Part shown: positions 29,133 to 41,720 of the stretch, piece by piece | How positions within the stretch are numbered: the stretch's first letter is position 1 | How the letters are laid out: each line of letters starts with the position of its first letter | DNA from: Squalus acanthias | Lineage: Eukaryota | Length of the DNA: 64,000 nt | Assembly: GCA_030390025.1 (NCBI GenBank) | Contig: JASTWF010000036.1 | Span: 2,792,001-2,856,000, forward strand | Direction: 5' to 3' | The notes under the pieces: generated by a model | The model's database searches: none | Seen by the model: only the letters and a program-made list of their open reading frames with translations | What the model was told of the DNA's origin: nothing | Position numbers and translations under genes: made by a program

Positions 29133-31332
29133 ATGAGTGACCATAACATGGTTGAATTCCAAATTCAGTTGGAGGGTGAGAGAGTTGGATCTCAAACCAG
29201 CGTACTAAGCTTAAATAAAGGAGACTATGAAGGTATGAGAGCAGAGTTGACTAAAGTGGACTGGGAAAATAGATTAAGGTGTAAGACGGTACAGGAGCAG
29301 TGGTGTACATTCAAGCAGGTATTTCACAACTTTCAAGAAAAATATATTCCACTGAGGAAAAAGGGGCGTAAAAGAAAAGACAGCCATCCGTGGCTAAGTA
29401 AAGTAATAAAGGATAGTATCCGACTGAAAACAAGGGCATATAAAGTAGCCAAATCTTGTGGGAGGATAGAAGATTGGGAAGTATTTAAAAGCCAGCAAAG
29501 AATAACTAAAAGATTAATTAAGAAGGGGAAGATAGATTATGAAAGTAAACTAGCAAAAAATATAAAAACAGATAGCAAGAGTTTCTACAGTTATATAAAA
29601 AGAAAAAGGGTGGCTAAAGTGAATGTTGGTCCCTTAGAGGACGAGACCGGGAAATTAGTAGTGGGGAACACAGAGATGGCAAATACGCTGAACAAATATT
29701 TTGTATCAGTCTTTACAGTAGAGGATACTAAAAATATCCCAACACTGGACAAACGGGGGGCTATAGGGGGGGAGGAGCTAAACACGATTAAAATCACTGA
29801 GGAGATGGTACTCGGTAAGATAATGGGACTTAAGGCGGATAAATCCCCTGGACCTGATGGCTTACATCCTAGGGTCTTGAGAGAAGCAGCGGTAGGGATT
29901 GCGGATGCATTGGTGGTAATTTTCCAAAACTCCCTGGATTCGGGAAAGGTCCCAGCAGATTGGAAAACTGCTAATGTAACGCCCTTATTTAAAAAGGGAG
30001 GTAGACAAAAGGCTGGAAACTATAGACCAGTTAGCCTAACATCTGTGGTTGGTAAAATGTTGGAGTCCATTATTAAGGAAGCAGTAACAAGACATTTGGA
30101 TAAGCATAATTTAATCGGACAGAGTCAGCATGGTTTTATGAAGGGGAAATCATGCTTGACAAATTTGCTCGAATTCTTTGAGGACGTAACAAACAGGGTG
30201 GATAAAGGGGAACCAGTGGATGTGGTGTATTTGGACTTCCAAAAGGCATTTGATAAGGTGCCACACAAAAGATTACTGCACAAGATAAAAAATCACGGGA
30301 TTGGGGGTAATATACTGGCATGGGTGGAAGATTGGCTATCTAACAGAAAACAGAGAGTTGGGATAAATGGTTCATTCTCGGGTTGGCAATCAGTAACTAG
30401 TGGTGTTCCGCAAGGGTCAGTGCTGGGACCCCAACTCTTTACAATCTATATTAACGATTTGGAGGAGGGGACCAAGTGCAACGTATCCAAGTTTGCTGAC
30501 GATACAAAGATGGGAGGAAAAGCAGTGAGTGAGGAGGACATAAAAAACCTGCAAAAGGACATAGACAGGCTAAGTGAGTGGGCGGAAATTTGGCAGATGG
30601 AATATAATGTTGGAAAGTGTGAGGTTATGCACTTTGGCAGAAAAAAATCAAAGAGCAAGTTATTATCTAAATGGAAAGAAACTGCAAAGTGCTACAGTAC
30701 AAAGGGATCTGGGGGTCCTGGTGCATGAAACACAGAAGGTTAGTATGCAGGTACAGCAGGTGATCAGGAAGGCCAATGGAATTTTGGCTTTTATTGCAAG
30801 GGGGATGGAGTATAAAAGCAGGGAAGTCTTGCTTCAGTTATACAAGGTACTGGTGAGGCCACACCTGGAATACTGCGTACAGTTTTGGTTTCCATATTTA
30901 AGAAAAGATCTACTTGCTCTCGAGGCAGTTCAGAGAAGGTTCACTCGGTTGATTCCGGAGATGAGGGGGTTGACTTATGAGGAAAGGTTGAGTAGGTTGG
31001 GCCTCTACTTATTGGAATTCAGAAGAATGAGAGGCGATCTTATCGAAACAGATAAGATTGTGAGGGGGCTTGATCGGGTGGAGGCGGGGAGGATGTTTCC
31101 ACTGATGGGTGAGACTAGAACTAGGGGGCATAATCTGAGAATAAGGGGCTGCCGTTTCAAAACTGAGATGAGGAGAAACTTCTTCACTCAGAGGGTAGTA
31201 AATCTATGGAATTTGCTACCTCAGAGAGCTGTGGAAGCTGCGACATTAAATAAATTTAAAACGGAGATAGACAGTTTCCTAGCTGATAAGGGAATTAAGG
31301 GTTATGGGGAGCGGGCAGGGAAGTGGACGTGA
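29133..31332 (+). pseudogene. CR1 ORF2 reverse transcriptase, with one frameshift near 30640-30650
   Basis: ORFs 29133-30728 and 30574-31332 join across an A-run. The upstream endonuclease part is truncated and interrupted by a SINE. Confidence 0.9.
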
Positions 31333-31434
31333 GTCTAGGTTCGGATCAGCCATGATCCTATTGAATGGCGGAGCAGGCCCGAGGGGCCATATGGCCTACT
31401 CCTGCTCCTACTTCTTATGTTCTTATGTTATGTT

Positions 31435-33078
31435 CTGAGGAATTCCTGCAGCGATGTCCTGGGGCTGTGATGATTGAGCTCCAACCACCACAACCATCTT
31501 CCTTTGTGCTACGTATGACTCCAGCCAGTGGAGAGTTTTCCCTCCGATTCCCATTGACTTCAGTTTTACTAGGGCTCCTTGATGCCACACTCGGTCAAAT
31601 GCTGCCTTGATGTCAAGGGCAGTCACTCTCACCTCACCTCTGGAATTCAGCTACTTTGTCCATGTTTGGACCAAGGCTGTAATGAGGTCGGGAGCCGAGT
31701 GGTCTTGGCGGAACCCAAACTGGGCATCAGTGAGCAGGTTATTGGTGAGTAAGTGCCGCTTGATAGCATTGTCGATGACACCTTCCATCACTTTGCTGAT
31801 GATAGAGAGTAGACTGATGGGGCGGTAATTGGTCGGATTGGATTTGATCTGCTTTTTGTGGACAGGACATACCTGGGCAGTTTTCCACATTGTCGGATAG
31901 ATGCCAGTGTTGTAGCTGTACTGGAACAGCTTGGCTAGAGGCGCAGCTAGTTCTGGAGCACAAGTCTTCAGCACGATAGCTGGGATGTTGTTGGGGCCCA
32001 TAGCCTTTGCTGTATCCAGTGCGCTCAGCCGTTTCTTGATATCACATGGAGTGAATCGAATTGGCTGAAGACTGGATTCTGTGATGGTGGGGACCTCAGG
32101 AGTCGGCCGATATGGATCATCCACTCGGCACTTCTGGCTGAAGATGGTTGCAAACGCTTCAGCCTTGTCTTTTGCACTCACGTGCTGGGCTCCACCATCA
32201 TTGAGGATGGGGATATTCATGGAGCCTCCTCCTCTCGTTAATTGTTTAATGGTCCACCACCATTCACGACTGGATGTGGCAGGACTGCAGAGCTTTGATC
32301 TGATCCGTTGATTGTGGGATCGCTTAGCCCTGTCTATAGCATGCTGCTTCCGCTTTTAAGCATGCATGGAGTCCTGTGTTGCAGCTTCCCCAGGTTGGCA
32401 CCTCATTTTTAGGTACGCCTGGTGCTGCTCCTGGCATGCTCTTCGACACTCCTTATTGAACCAGGGTTGGTCCCCTGGCTTGGTGGTAATGGTAAAGTGA
32501 GGGATATGCTGGGCCATGAGGTTACAGATTGTGGTGGAATACAATTCTGCTGCTGCTGATGGCCCACAGCGCCTCATGGATGCCTAGTTTTGAGCTGCTA
32601 GATCTGTTTTGAATCTATCCCATTTAGCACGGTCGTGGTGCCACACAACACGATGCAGGGTGTCCTCAGTGTGAAGACGGGACTTCGTCTCCACAATGAC
32701 TGTGTGGTGGTCACTGCTACCAATGCTGTCATGGATAGATGCATCTGCGACATGTAGATTGGTGAGGACGAGGTCAAGTAGGTTTTTCCCTCATGTTGGT
32801 TCTCTCACCACCTGTCGCAGGCCCAGTTATGTCCTTCAGGACTCGGCCAGCTCGGTCAGTGATGGACATTGAAGTCCCCCACCCAGAGTACATTCTGTGC
32901 CCTTGCTACTCTCAGTGCTTCTTCCAAGTGGTGTTCAACATGGAGGAGTACTGATTCATCAGCTGAGGAAGGGCGGTAGGTGGTAATCAGCAGGAGGTTT
33001 CCTTGCCCATGCTTGACCTGAAGCCATGAGACTTCATGTGGTCCGGAGTCAATGTTGAGGACTCCCAGGGCCACCTCC
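31435..33078 (-). mobile_element. CR1-group LINE (family B), 5' part: endonuclease to RT
   Basis: Motifs YRP...VGDFNVHH, KAMGPNNIP, NYRPISLL, QFGFR and ALDIKAAFD. It rejoins 28553 to restore the PQGSVL motif. Confidence 0.9.
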
Positions 33079-33749
33079 AACCCCCCAACTTCTACTGCTG
33101 CTTCAAGTGATTGATTCCTGTTGCATGCTGTGAGCAGGACTTTCTGATTTCAGTAGAATTCCCACCCACAGAGATCAGCTGTATTCAATAGCAGCAGGGG
33201 TGACGGAGAAGTTCATAAAATCTACTCTTAAATGTCCTTAAAATGGAGCATACATGTTAGGGAATGGCATTATGCGAATTAAACCAAAATTAAACTTCAA
33301 CCGCAGAAGTTGGTGCTAGAATTGGGAGAAAATGAAGACTGCAACACAAGCGATCTTTTTATAAGGCACAAATCCCCACTGTTTATACTATTTGTATAAC
33401 GCAGAGCAAGGTTTAGCTTTCTGTACATGTACAAAGACGTTAACCAGACGTTAGAGCTTGCAGCGTGATACACATTGCAACATCATGTGGTGCCATCCTT
33501 TGTGTTTCAGGAACTACTGTAATTGTTAGTTTGAGGCCAGAGCTTGAGGAGTGATGTCCCAAAAAACGCTTCAGAAAAATTCCTTTTATTGATTAATTTA
33601 TATGGGGTGGGGGGGGTGAGGGAGTAAGGAGGCCATACACTTTAAACTAGCAGAATTGCAACCAAAAATAAATCAGTGTTCATGTAAATAATTGGTACTT
33701 TATAAAAAGTGATAGTATTGATGCTTAGAATTAAATGCTAACACCTTAG

Positions 33750-34218
33750 CATCATACAGCACAGAAGGAGGCCATTCAGCCCATCGTGTCTGTGCCAGCT
33801 CTTTGAAAGAGCTCTCCAATTAGTCCCACTCCCCTGCTCTTTCCCCATAGCCCTGCAAATTTCTCCTTTTCAAGTATTCATCTAATTCCCTTTTGAAAGT
33901 TACTATTGAATCTGCTTCCGTCACCTTTTCAGGCAGTGCATTTCAGATCATGACAACTCACTACATATTTTTTTCCCCTAATTTCCCCCCAGGATTTTTT
34001 GCCCATTATTATAAATCTGTCTCCTCTGGTTACTGACCCTCCTGCCAGTGGAAACAGTTTCTCCCTATCTACTCTATCAAAACCCTTCATGATTTTGAAC
34101 ACCTCTATTAAATCTCCCCTCAACTTTCTCTGCTCCAATAAGAACAATCCCAGTTTTTCTAGGCTCTCCACATAACTGAAGTCCCTCCTCCCTGGTACCA
34201 TTCTGGTAAATCTCCTTA
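33750..34218 (-). mobile_element. CR1 LINE 3' fragment
   Basis: ORF 33929-34234 (RRFTRMVPG...LEKLGLF.LEQRKLRGDLIEVFKIM) plus the 3' UTR. Confidence 0.9.
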
Positions 34219-34429
34219 TCACATCACAAAGCAATTCACAGACAATGACTTATTTTGAAGTTCAGTGATACATAACAAGACACAGTAAGGCTGTGGAAGG
34301 ACTTGTAAATGAGAACATGGAATTTGAATTGTGGACAGGGGGTCAATGGAGGTTGGCGAGGGCAGGGGTAATGGGTGACAAGTATAGGATGGAATATACA
34401 GAGGTCCACCTAAATGGTAGAACCCCTGA

Positions 34430-34770
34430 CACTTCAGCTCCTGAGGACTCAGTGGGTAAATGCAGTGCACTGTGTGGTATGGATTCCAGGAAGGCCCCAG
34501 ATTTGATCCCTGATCCATGCTGAGTTAGCTGGGGGAGTGGGGTGTGGAGGGAGCAAAATTGGCCAGCATGCCAGTACTGATTACTATCCAGCTGCTGAGA
34601 GTGTATGTATGTGTGTGGACACTGGATGAGAACTGGATCAAGCTCAGCTGTGATAACCTGCCGAGAGATCAGATCGCCCATCAATGCTCACTGTCTGAGC
34701 TCACAGATGAAAAAGGGCTACATGAGTGAGGTACCAGAGGGCTGCTGGTACCCGTGAAACTTTACCCGAC
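34430..34770 (+). mobile_element. Old SINE-like dispersed repeat (unclassified)
   Basis: tRNA-like head CTCAGTGGGTAAA...GATTTGATCCCTG. Diverged similarity to 48360-48660 (minus), 53345-53440 and 58085-58291. Confidence 0.45.
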
Positions 34771-35314
34771 ATGAGTTGCAATCTTCTGAAAAGGAGGCAT
34801 GCAGAGAGGAAAGAAAAATTTGGTTTGGGTCTTTGCACCAATAAATAACAATGAAGTGAAGACCATTATCAAGGCAGAGAGTAGTCAGATAATCAGCCAA
34901 CCAATAAGGTAATAATTCATCCCGTGGTGAAATTGTTCATGTCCATCTTTTCAGAAGCATCTGGGATGAAAGGAGTATTATTGGGACATGTGATCATTTT
35001 CTAGTACTTAACTCCGGATCTCCCTCTCCTGAGGGCAGCTGTGCTTTTCCAAATGATTTCCATCGCTGCTCTACTCTCCCTCATCAGCATATTTCGACAA
35101 GCTCAGAACAGAAGTCTTGAGTCGGCAATATCATAATGCATGGGTGGAGCTGAGGAAATAATGCACTGTCACAGAAGTTTAAGAGGCTCTAATGAGCACC
35201 ACTTCCCTTCATCGCAATTTGAGAAAAGATAAGGATTACAATTGTGTATGAGGTAACACGAGCTCCTCCATTCATTCCCTAATGTTCGATTTGGAAGTTC
35301 CCACACAACATTCA

Positions 35315-35545
35315 CTTGCATTTATAACAGCACCTTTAACATAGAAAATGTCCCAAGGTGCTTCACAGGAGACAAACCGATACTGAGCAGCAGAAGAAAA
35401 GGAGAGGTGACTGAAGCATGGTCGACAGGATAGGTTTTGAGATGGTTAAAGGCAGGGAGAGAAATACAAGTTATGGGAGGGGGTTCCGGAGAGTAGGACC
35501 CAGACAGCTGAACGATCTGCCATCCATGGTAAAGTGGGGGAGACA
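35315..35545 (-). mobile_element. Probable L2-type LINE 3' fragment
   Basis: Degraded similarity to 47590-47900 and to the tail of the Deu-SINE copies. Confidence 0.45.
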
Positions 35546-35547
35546 AA

Positions 35548-35842
35548 GGAAAGAAAAACTTGCATTTATACAGCGGCTTTCATGACCTCAGGATGTCCCA
35601 AAGCTCTTTACAGCCAATGAAGTACTTTTTGAAGTGGAGTCACTGTTGGAATGCAGGAAACGCAGCAGCCAATTTGTGCACAGCAAGGTCCCAAAAACAG
35701 CAATGTGATAATGACCAGATAATCTGTTTTAGTGATGTTGGTTGAGGGATAAATATTGGCCGGGACACATGGAAGGACTCCTTTGCTCTTCTTTGAAATA
35801 GTGCCATGTGGTCTTTTACACCCACCCGAGAGGGCAGACGGC
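35548..35842 (-). mobile_element. Deu-domain SINE (SacSINE1-like), 3' part
   Basis: Reverse-complement match to 61110-61390. Confidence 0.85.
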
Positions 35843-36637
35843 TCTTGCAGAAAGACTTGCAGCTCCTGGCCAGTCATACTGGTGTTCTTCACTCTGTAAC
35901 GCCTAAATATATGACTATTTGGTGACTGATGAGCTAGCTTTGCGCTTCCAGTGCTATTTCAGATGCTTAACGGCTTCCTAATTGCAGTCCACAGCTGATT
36001 TTGAGGATTTAGTGCTGCGCCCTTCTCATTGTTCAGGACAGACTTTCCACATATTAGCGCATAGACTGAAAACAACAAAAATTTTGTATAAATACAAGGC
36101 AGGTATTCTTCCAAAAGTCTTTATTAATCCACAGTTCACCCTCAAGGCTTAATCCCCCGGCTATTATCTGCTGCCTCATTGTTTTGCCCACCTGAGCTTT
36201 GAAATTTCACTGTGTGCTATTTTTTAGGATGTTTGTGTCATATTCTTGTCTATACCATTTTAACAGTCGTGAACACATTTAAAATAAACACAATTTTCAC
36301 TGTTAAAATAGGGTGCACAGGAATTTGAAATGAATGTGCAACCAATTTTGCTAACAATAGCACACAGGAATTTGAAACCTTTTGTGGTTTATTCTGCTCA
36401 AATGAATAAAGATCTGGAGTTTGAGAGACTCAAGTCCTAAGTATCAGCACCAAAAGGCACCTCGTTGGCTGTTTTACATTAATCAACACAGAAATGTTTC
36501 ACTGAAAAGTGATCAATGTGTGAATGTGCCACTAATGATGTTGAGAAAATAAACTGCAGCCACACTTAAAATGACAAAGCACAGCAGGCAAGATGGCCAG
36601 ATTCTTATACTCACCCGAAAAGCATGTAAATCAAAAG

Positions 36638-36780
36638 TGAAATAACAACAGAAAACGCTGGAAAAACTCAGCAGGCCAGGCAGCATCCGTGGGGAGAGAA
36701 ACAGAGTTAACGTTTCAGGTCGAAGACCTTTCGTCAGAATTTCGGATTTTTGGATTTCCAGCATCCGCAGTATTTTGATA
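36638..36780 (-). mobile_element. Penelope-like element terminal fragment with inverted junction and minimal hammerhead motif
   Basis: Matches 49960-50060. The segment GATTTCCAGCATCCGCAGTATTTTG is inverted relative to 49930-49957. The minus strand reads CTGACGA..GAAAC. Confidence 0.75.
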
Positions 36781-38351
36781 TCGTAACTCAAAAGTGAATT
36801 GTGTTGCAGGAAGCTGGTCTTGCTCGTGTATGTTTACGAATCAGATGGTATCTGGCTGTTCAGGGGTTAAAAATGAGATCCTGCATTCCTAGGACAAGCT
36901 TAGTGTGCTGTTTTGAAATACTAATAGCTGCATCAATGTGAATAGCCAAAGTTCTTATCCTGATGGAGATAATGGTCAACAATTGCATTTGTCTGGCAAT
37001 CTGCAAATGAAGTCAACCTTGCAAATGAAAATGTATCTTAGTTTTGATAGCAGATTGCGCTGATTGATTGCTGTGGAAAGCTGGATGAAGTGTGATATTG
37101 CTTAGTGTTGCTACTTGTATTTTTGGATTTGTGAGGTGTATTTTTGGGGCAAGAACTCCACTTGAAGAGCATTTTTTGATATAATTATGAGTACAAATGA
37201 ATTACAGTCAGTAAGCAGCTGAACACAATTTTAGGCAACAACCTAGAAAGAAAGTCCATACAGCACTGAAGAGGAGAATAAAACCCTAATTCTTCATACA
37301 CCAATATATAGAGGTATTTTTCTAGGGTTACTATACCTCTGTCAAGTCCACAGGCAGAGGATAAAATCACAAAAATCTTTACTGAAGTGTACTGTACCTG
37401 AATAGACAAAGTCCCAGCATCAACTGCTTTAAATCTCAACCGTCAGCTCTGGGGTTGTGCTGTGTTTGTACATGCACCTGTATGAACTCTTCATCAGGTG
37501 AAACATCAGCTCCTACCATTGGAGACGCACATTCCCCACAGGTTTAATCCACTGGAGGTCAAAAGGTCATCAAAATGTTCCGTTTTTCGCAAAGTTACAG
37601 CTGAAAGAAAGGAGAAAGTTCAACATAAGCTTCAAATCATCTAAGGCAAACTAATGGGACTAAAGGCTGACAATTCCCCTAGACCTGATGGCCTGCATCC
37701 TAGGATCTTAAAAGAAGTGGATGCATTGGTTGTAATCTACCAAAATTCTCTAGATTCTGGACAGGTCCCAGCGGATTGGAAAACCGTAAATGTAACGCCC
37801 CTATTCAAGAAAGGAGGGAGACAGAAATCAGGAAACTATAGGCTAGTTAGCCTAACATATGTCATTGGGAATATGCTGAAATCCATTATTAAGGAAGTAA
37901 TAGCAGGACATTTAGAAAAACATAATACAATCAAACAGAGTCAACATGGTTTAATGAAAGGGAAATCGTGTTTGACAAATTTACCAGAGTTCTTTGAGGA
38001 TGTAACGAGCAGGGAGGAACTAGTAGATGTGGTGTATTTGGATTTCCAGAAGGCATTCGATAAGGTGCCATATAAAAGGTTACTGCACAAGATAAGAGCT
38101 CACGGGGTTGGGAGTAATATATTAGCATGGATAGAGGATTGGCTAACTAACAGAAAACAGAGAGTCGGGATAAATGGGTAATTTTCAGGTTGGCAAACTG
38201 TAACTAGTGGGGTGCCACAGGGATCAGTGCTGGGGCCTCAACTATTTACAATCTATATTAATGATTTGGATGAAGGGACCGAGTGTACTGTAGCCAAATT
38301 TGCTGATGATACAAAGATAGGTGGGAAAGCAAGTTGTGAGGAGGACACAAA

Positions 38352-39228
38352 GGGGGAAAAATTCGGTTGCTTTGCGCCTCCCATTAGCGCCCTAAGAGGG
38401 CGCTAATGGGGCACAAAGCAACTAGCACCCGGGCGCGGCGATGTTTGCGCCGCTCGTGAAATTGACCAGACATTTTGCAGTGGTGCTAAACACTACCGTC
38501 ACGATCTCCTGCGCCCGCAGATCGTGAAGTCAGTCGAGCATGCAATGCCCTGGTAGCACCCCGGACCGTGCCTTTCCGCCTGCCGCTAGCAATGACAGGT
38601 TGAGGGAAACGTTTTGCAGTCGGGAAGGGACTGGGGGAGCGTTATTTAAAGGTGGCCGCTTCCTGCCTTTTTTTGTCGGCGACCTTTTTGCACCACGCAT
38701 TCTGAGAGAGAGAGAGAGAGAGACTTCTGGAGAGATTCAACGCTGTGTGAAGGAGTTTTGGGTACTGAGCAGCACTTTGCAGGTTCATTTTGATTTGACC
38801 TTCCTTGCATCGATTTAGAAGAGACTGTGGGGGCTGCACTCTGAGCTCTTTCTCTGGGCCTCTCCATTGTTCTTTCCAGCAGATTTGATGTACAGGTCTC
38901 TCCAGGCCGAGATTCAAGGCTGCAATGAGCAGGGTGTGGATGGAGAGCAAGATCGACCCTCCCCTTTAAGAACTGGCCGGTGCCAGTGTGTCTGTGTTCC
39001 ATTGCTGACTGACATCACATCAGCTTCTCCAGCGCTCTGAGGTAGCGCCTCGCTCCTCGGCGTTAGCGCCTTAAGAGAGGTGTGTAGCGCCTGATTTAGC
39101 GCTCCAATCACCTCCAGGGGCGATAGAAGCCAAGTTTGCAGTCGGGGGTGATAATTAGCACCAGGCGCTAAACTTTGCGCCCGGCCGATAATTGCGCCCC
39201 AAATGGGGCGATACTGAATTTCTCCCCC
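38352..39228. mobile_element. Harbinger-like MITE (877 bp)
   Basis: TIRs GGGGGAAAAATTC and GAATTTCTCCCCC with 3-bp TSD AAA. Removing it restores the CR1 sequence GAGGACACAAAGAGTC. Confidence 0.85.
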
Positions 39229-39382
39229 AAAGAGTCCGCAAAGGGATATAGATAGGTTAAGTGAGTGGGCAAAAATTTGGCAGATGGAGTATAATGTGGG
39301 AAAATGTGAGGTTATCCACTTTGGTAGGAAGAATAAAAAAGCAAATTATTATTTAAATGGAGAGAGACTACAAAATGCTGCG

Positions 39383-39467
39383 AGATCAGCCATGATCTCA
39401 TTAAATGGCGGAGCAGGCTCGAGGGGCCGAATGGCCTACTCCTGCTCCTATCTTCTATGTTTCTATG
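39383..39467 (+). mobile_element. Very short CR1-tail retroposon insertion
   Basis: GATCAGCCATGATC...TTCTATGTTTCTAT interrupts the CR1 sequence GCTGCG/GTACAG. Confidence 0.8.
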
Positions 39468-40769
39468 GTACAGAGGGATCTGGGGGTCCTCGTACATGAA
39501 ACACAAAAAATTAGCCTGCAGGTACAGCAAGTAATTAGGAAGGCAAATGGAATGTTGGCCCTTATTGCAAGGGGGATGGAGTATAAAAGTAGGGAAGTCT
39601 TGCTACAACTGTACAGGGCGCTGGTGAGACCGCACCTGGAGTACTGCGTGCAGTTTTGGTCTCCTTATTTAAGGAGGAATATACTTGCATTGGAGGCAGT
39701 TCAGAGAAGGTTCACTAGGTTGATTCCTGAGATGAAGGGGTTGTCTTGTGAAGAAAGGTTGAGTAGGTTGGGCCTATACTCATTGGAGTTTAGAAGAATG
39801 AGAGGTGATCTTATTGAAACATATAAGATTCTGAGGGGGCTCGACAGGGTGGATGCAGAGAAGATGTTTCCTCTCGTGGGGGAATCTAGAACTAGGGGGC
39901 ATAGTTTCAGAATAAGGGGGCACCTTACTTTAATCTTAACGTTTGTTTCAGTATCAGTGTGAGAGCTGAAAACTTACAAAACTGGCACAACCAGCGAGAC
40001 TGCCATTTTTCTAGACCTGCTGGTAGTTGGAGGGCTATTGTGTAAAATCCAGCCTCCTGCCATGTGCTGCTTCAGTTATCGATATATACTGTAATATAAT
40101 GGGGAAAAAAGGGGAGGTGAAGGTTCACCCCAATCCATTTACTAAATTTCATTGTTTTGATGTTTTATATATAGCTTTAATAGAGCTTTCGCTGGTGCTA
40201 TGAATGCTGGGATAGTCCTGCCTTCATGGCATTCTCTTATTTTTCCTCAAACTCCAGCAAAGAGAAATGCTGAGAAAGACTGGCTCAGTCAGATGCAGGT
40301 GTAAGATTGTGATCCTGAGGTGGATGGGTGCAAGATCACAATCTCACACACGCGTCTCCCCCAGAATGTGGGAGAGCTGGCAGGCCCGACAGAACTTAAG
40401 ATATGCGTTGATGTCATGGTATTAGAAGGGGACTGGCCATGCTGTTGGGGAGGGAGGAAGAATCAGAAGAGCTAGGTGTTGTATCTGCCCTATTGTATCT
40501 GCCATCTACTATTTGCCACAGTTGTGATCACAAGACCCGTCATTACTATTCATCACTGGGGAGTTCACAAAGTAGACATGCAAAACTGGAGAAGAAACTG
40601 CCAGGGAACTGTCCCACTGAGCAGGTACAGAAGACCAGGCAATTGTCTTTCTCAATTTTGTCAACACTACTATGGTGATTGTGCCTCCGTAGCTTCCTCT
40701 CTTATTCCTCCTAAACTCCGAACAGTTGGATATATACACTTGAAAAGGAAACAAATTGCAGGACAATGA

Positions 40770-40865
40770 CAAAAGAGCAGGGGGAGTGGGACTAATTGAA
40801 TAGCTCTTTCAAAGAGCTGGCACAGGCACCATGGGCCGAATGGCCTCCTTCTGTGGGATTCTAAC
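40770..40865 (+). mobile_element. CR1 3' end fragment
   Basis: Reverse complement of the 33760-33850 CR1 tail region. Confidence 0.7.
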
Positions 40866-41384
40866 ACATTGTCATACACACATTTTCTCCTCCCTGCACC
40901 TCACTGTGTCGAAATTATTGCACTATGGGCCCTGGGCCTTCAACTGGTTTCTCAATTTAAAAAAAATCGACAATATATCCACACAGGTTCTGAATTGTAA
41001 ATCTCTATTAGACCAAGACTCACTGTAACCATGGCAAAAGAGTAACAATTGGATTGAGAAGTCTATATAATGAGAATGAATGAGATTATCTCCTGAATCA
41101 ACTCTGTCAGTATTGGGGAACATTCCTCTTTGGGCAGCCTGCTAAAGGTACAATGTAAGCCCCCAGAGTCAATTATTACATCACAGGTTGGACTGAATAT
41201 TGGACTTTAATGCATTCATTTGCTTTATTCGAACCCGCTGACTCAGCAGTGTAGATGTCACTGCTGATTATGTCTAACCTGTGAAATTAGAGATTGCATA
41301 CTCTTTCATGTTAGGGAACTGACATACAAAGATTTCCACTGCCAAGAATCCCTGCGTTTTCACTTTTGTTCAAGTCTTTATACA

Positions 41385-41720
41385 TGGGGTGAGAAATTGC
41401 TGCAATGGTGGATATGGTGGCGAGTGACGTTAACTGGACTTTTATGCTCACAATTGACATCGCACTATATTTGTGCCACAAATTGCTGGAACGTCAATCC
41501 GCTAATGGCTCAGTGAGATCAATATCGTATCTGGGACCGCATGAAGGTTGTGCCCAATGGCTTAGCTCCTTGACCAATGAAAGAAAAGCATAGAGAAAGA
41601 AACAGAACAAAGAATGGAGAAGGAAATAGAGTGAATTAGAGTCAAATTAGAGGCAAAAGGATAAATAAAGAGAGAGGGAAAGAAAGAGTGGATTAAGAGA
41701 GAAAGAAAAAGAGACAGAAT
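41385..41720. mobile_element. Degraded DNA-transposon fragment related to 44737-45563
   Basis: GGGGTGAGAAATTG start. The 41560-41710 segment resembles the reverse complement of 45230-45380. Confidence 0.4.

Larger units (their letters stand above)
28554..31434 (+). mobile_element. 5'-truncated CR1 LINE (HER1-like) nested in the family B LINE
   Basis: Endonuclease motifs (VYRPP, MGDFN, SDHN) and RT motifs ([33 protein letters not shown]) are present. The 3' UTR ends in a (TTCTTATG)n tail. Confidence 0.95.
37645..39925 (+). mobile_element. CR1 LINE ORF2 fragment (RT), interrupted by a MITE and a short CR1 tail
   Basis: ORFs 37654-38181, 38212-38350 and 39284-39920 are homologous to 29820-31150. 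Confidence 0.92.

Noticed and set aside
28554..31434. Active autonomous CR1
   Set aside because: It is 5'-truncated within the endonuclease, interrupted by a SINE and frameshifted.
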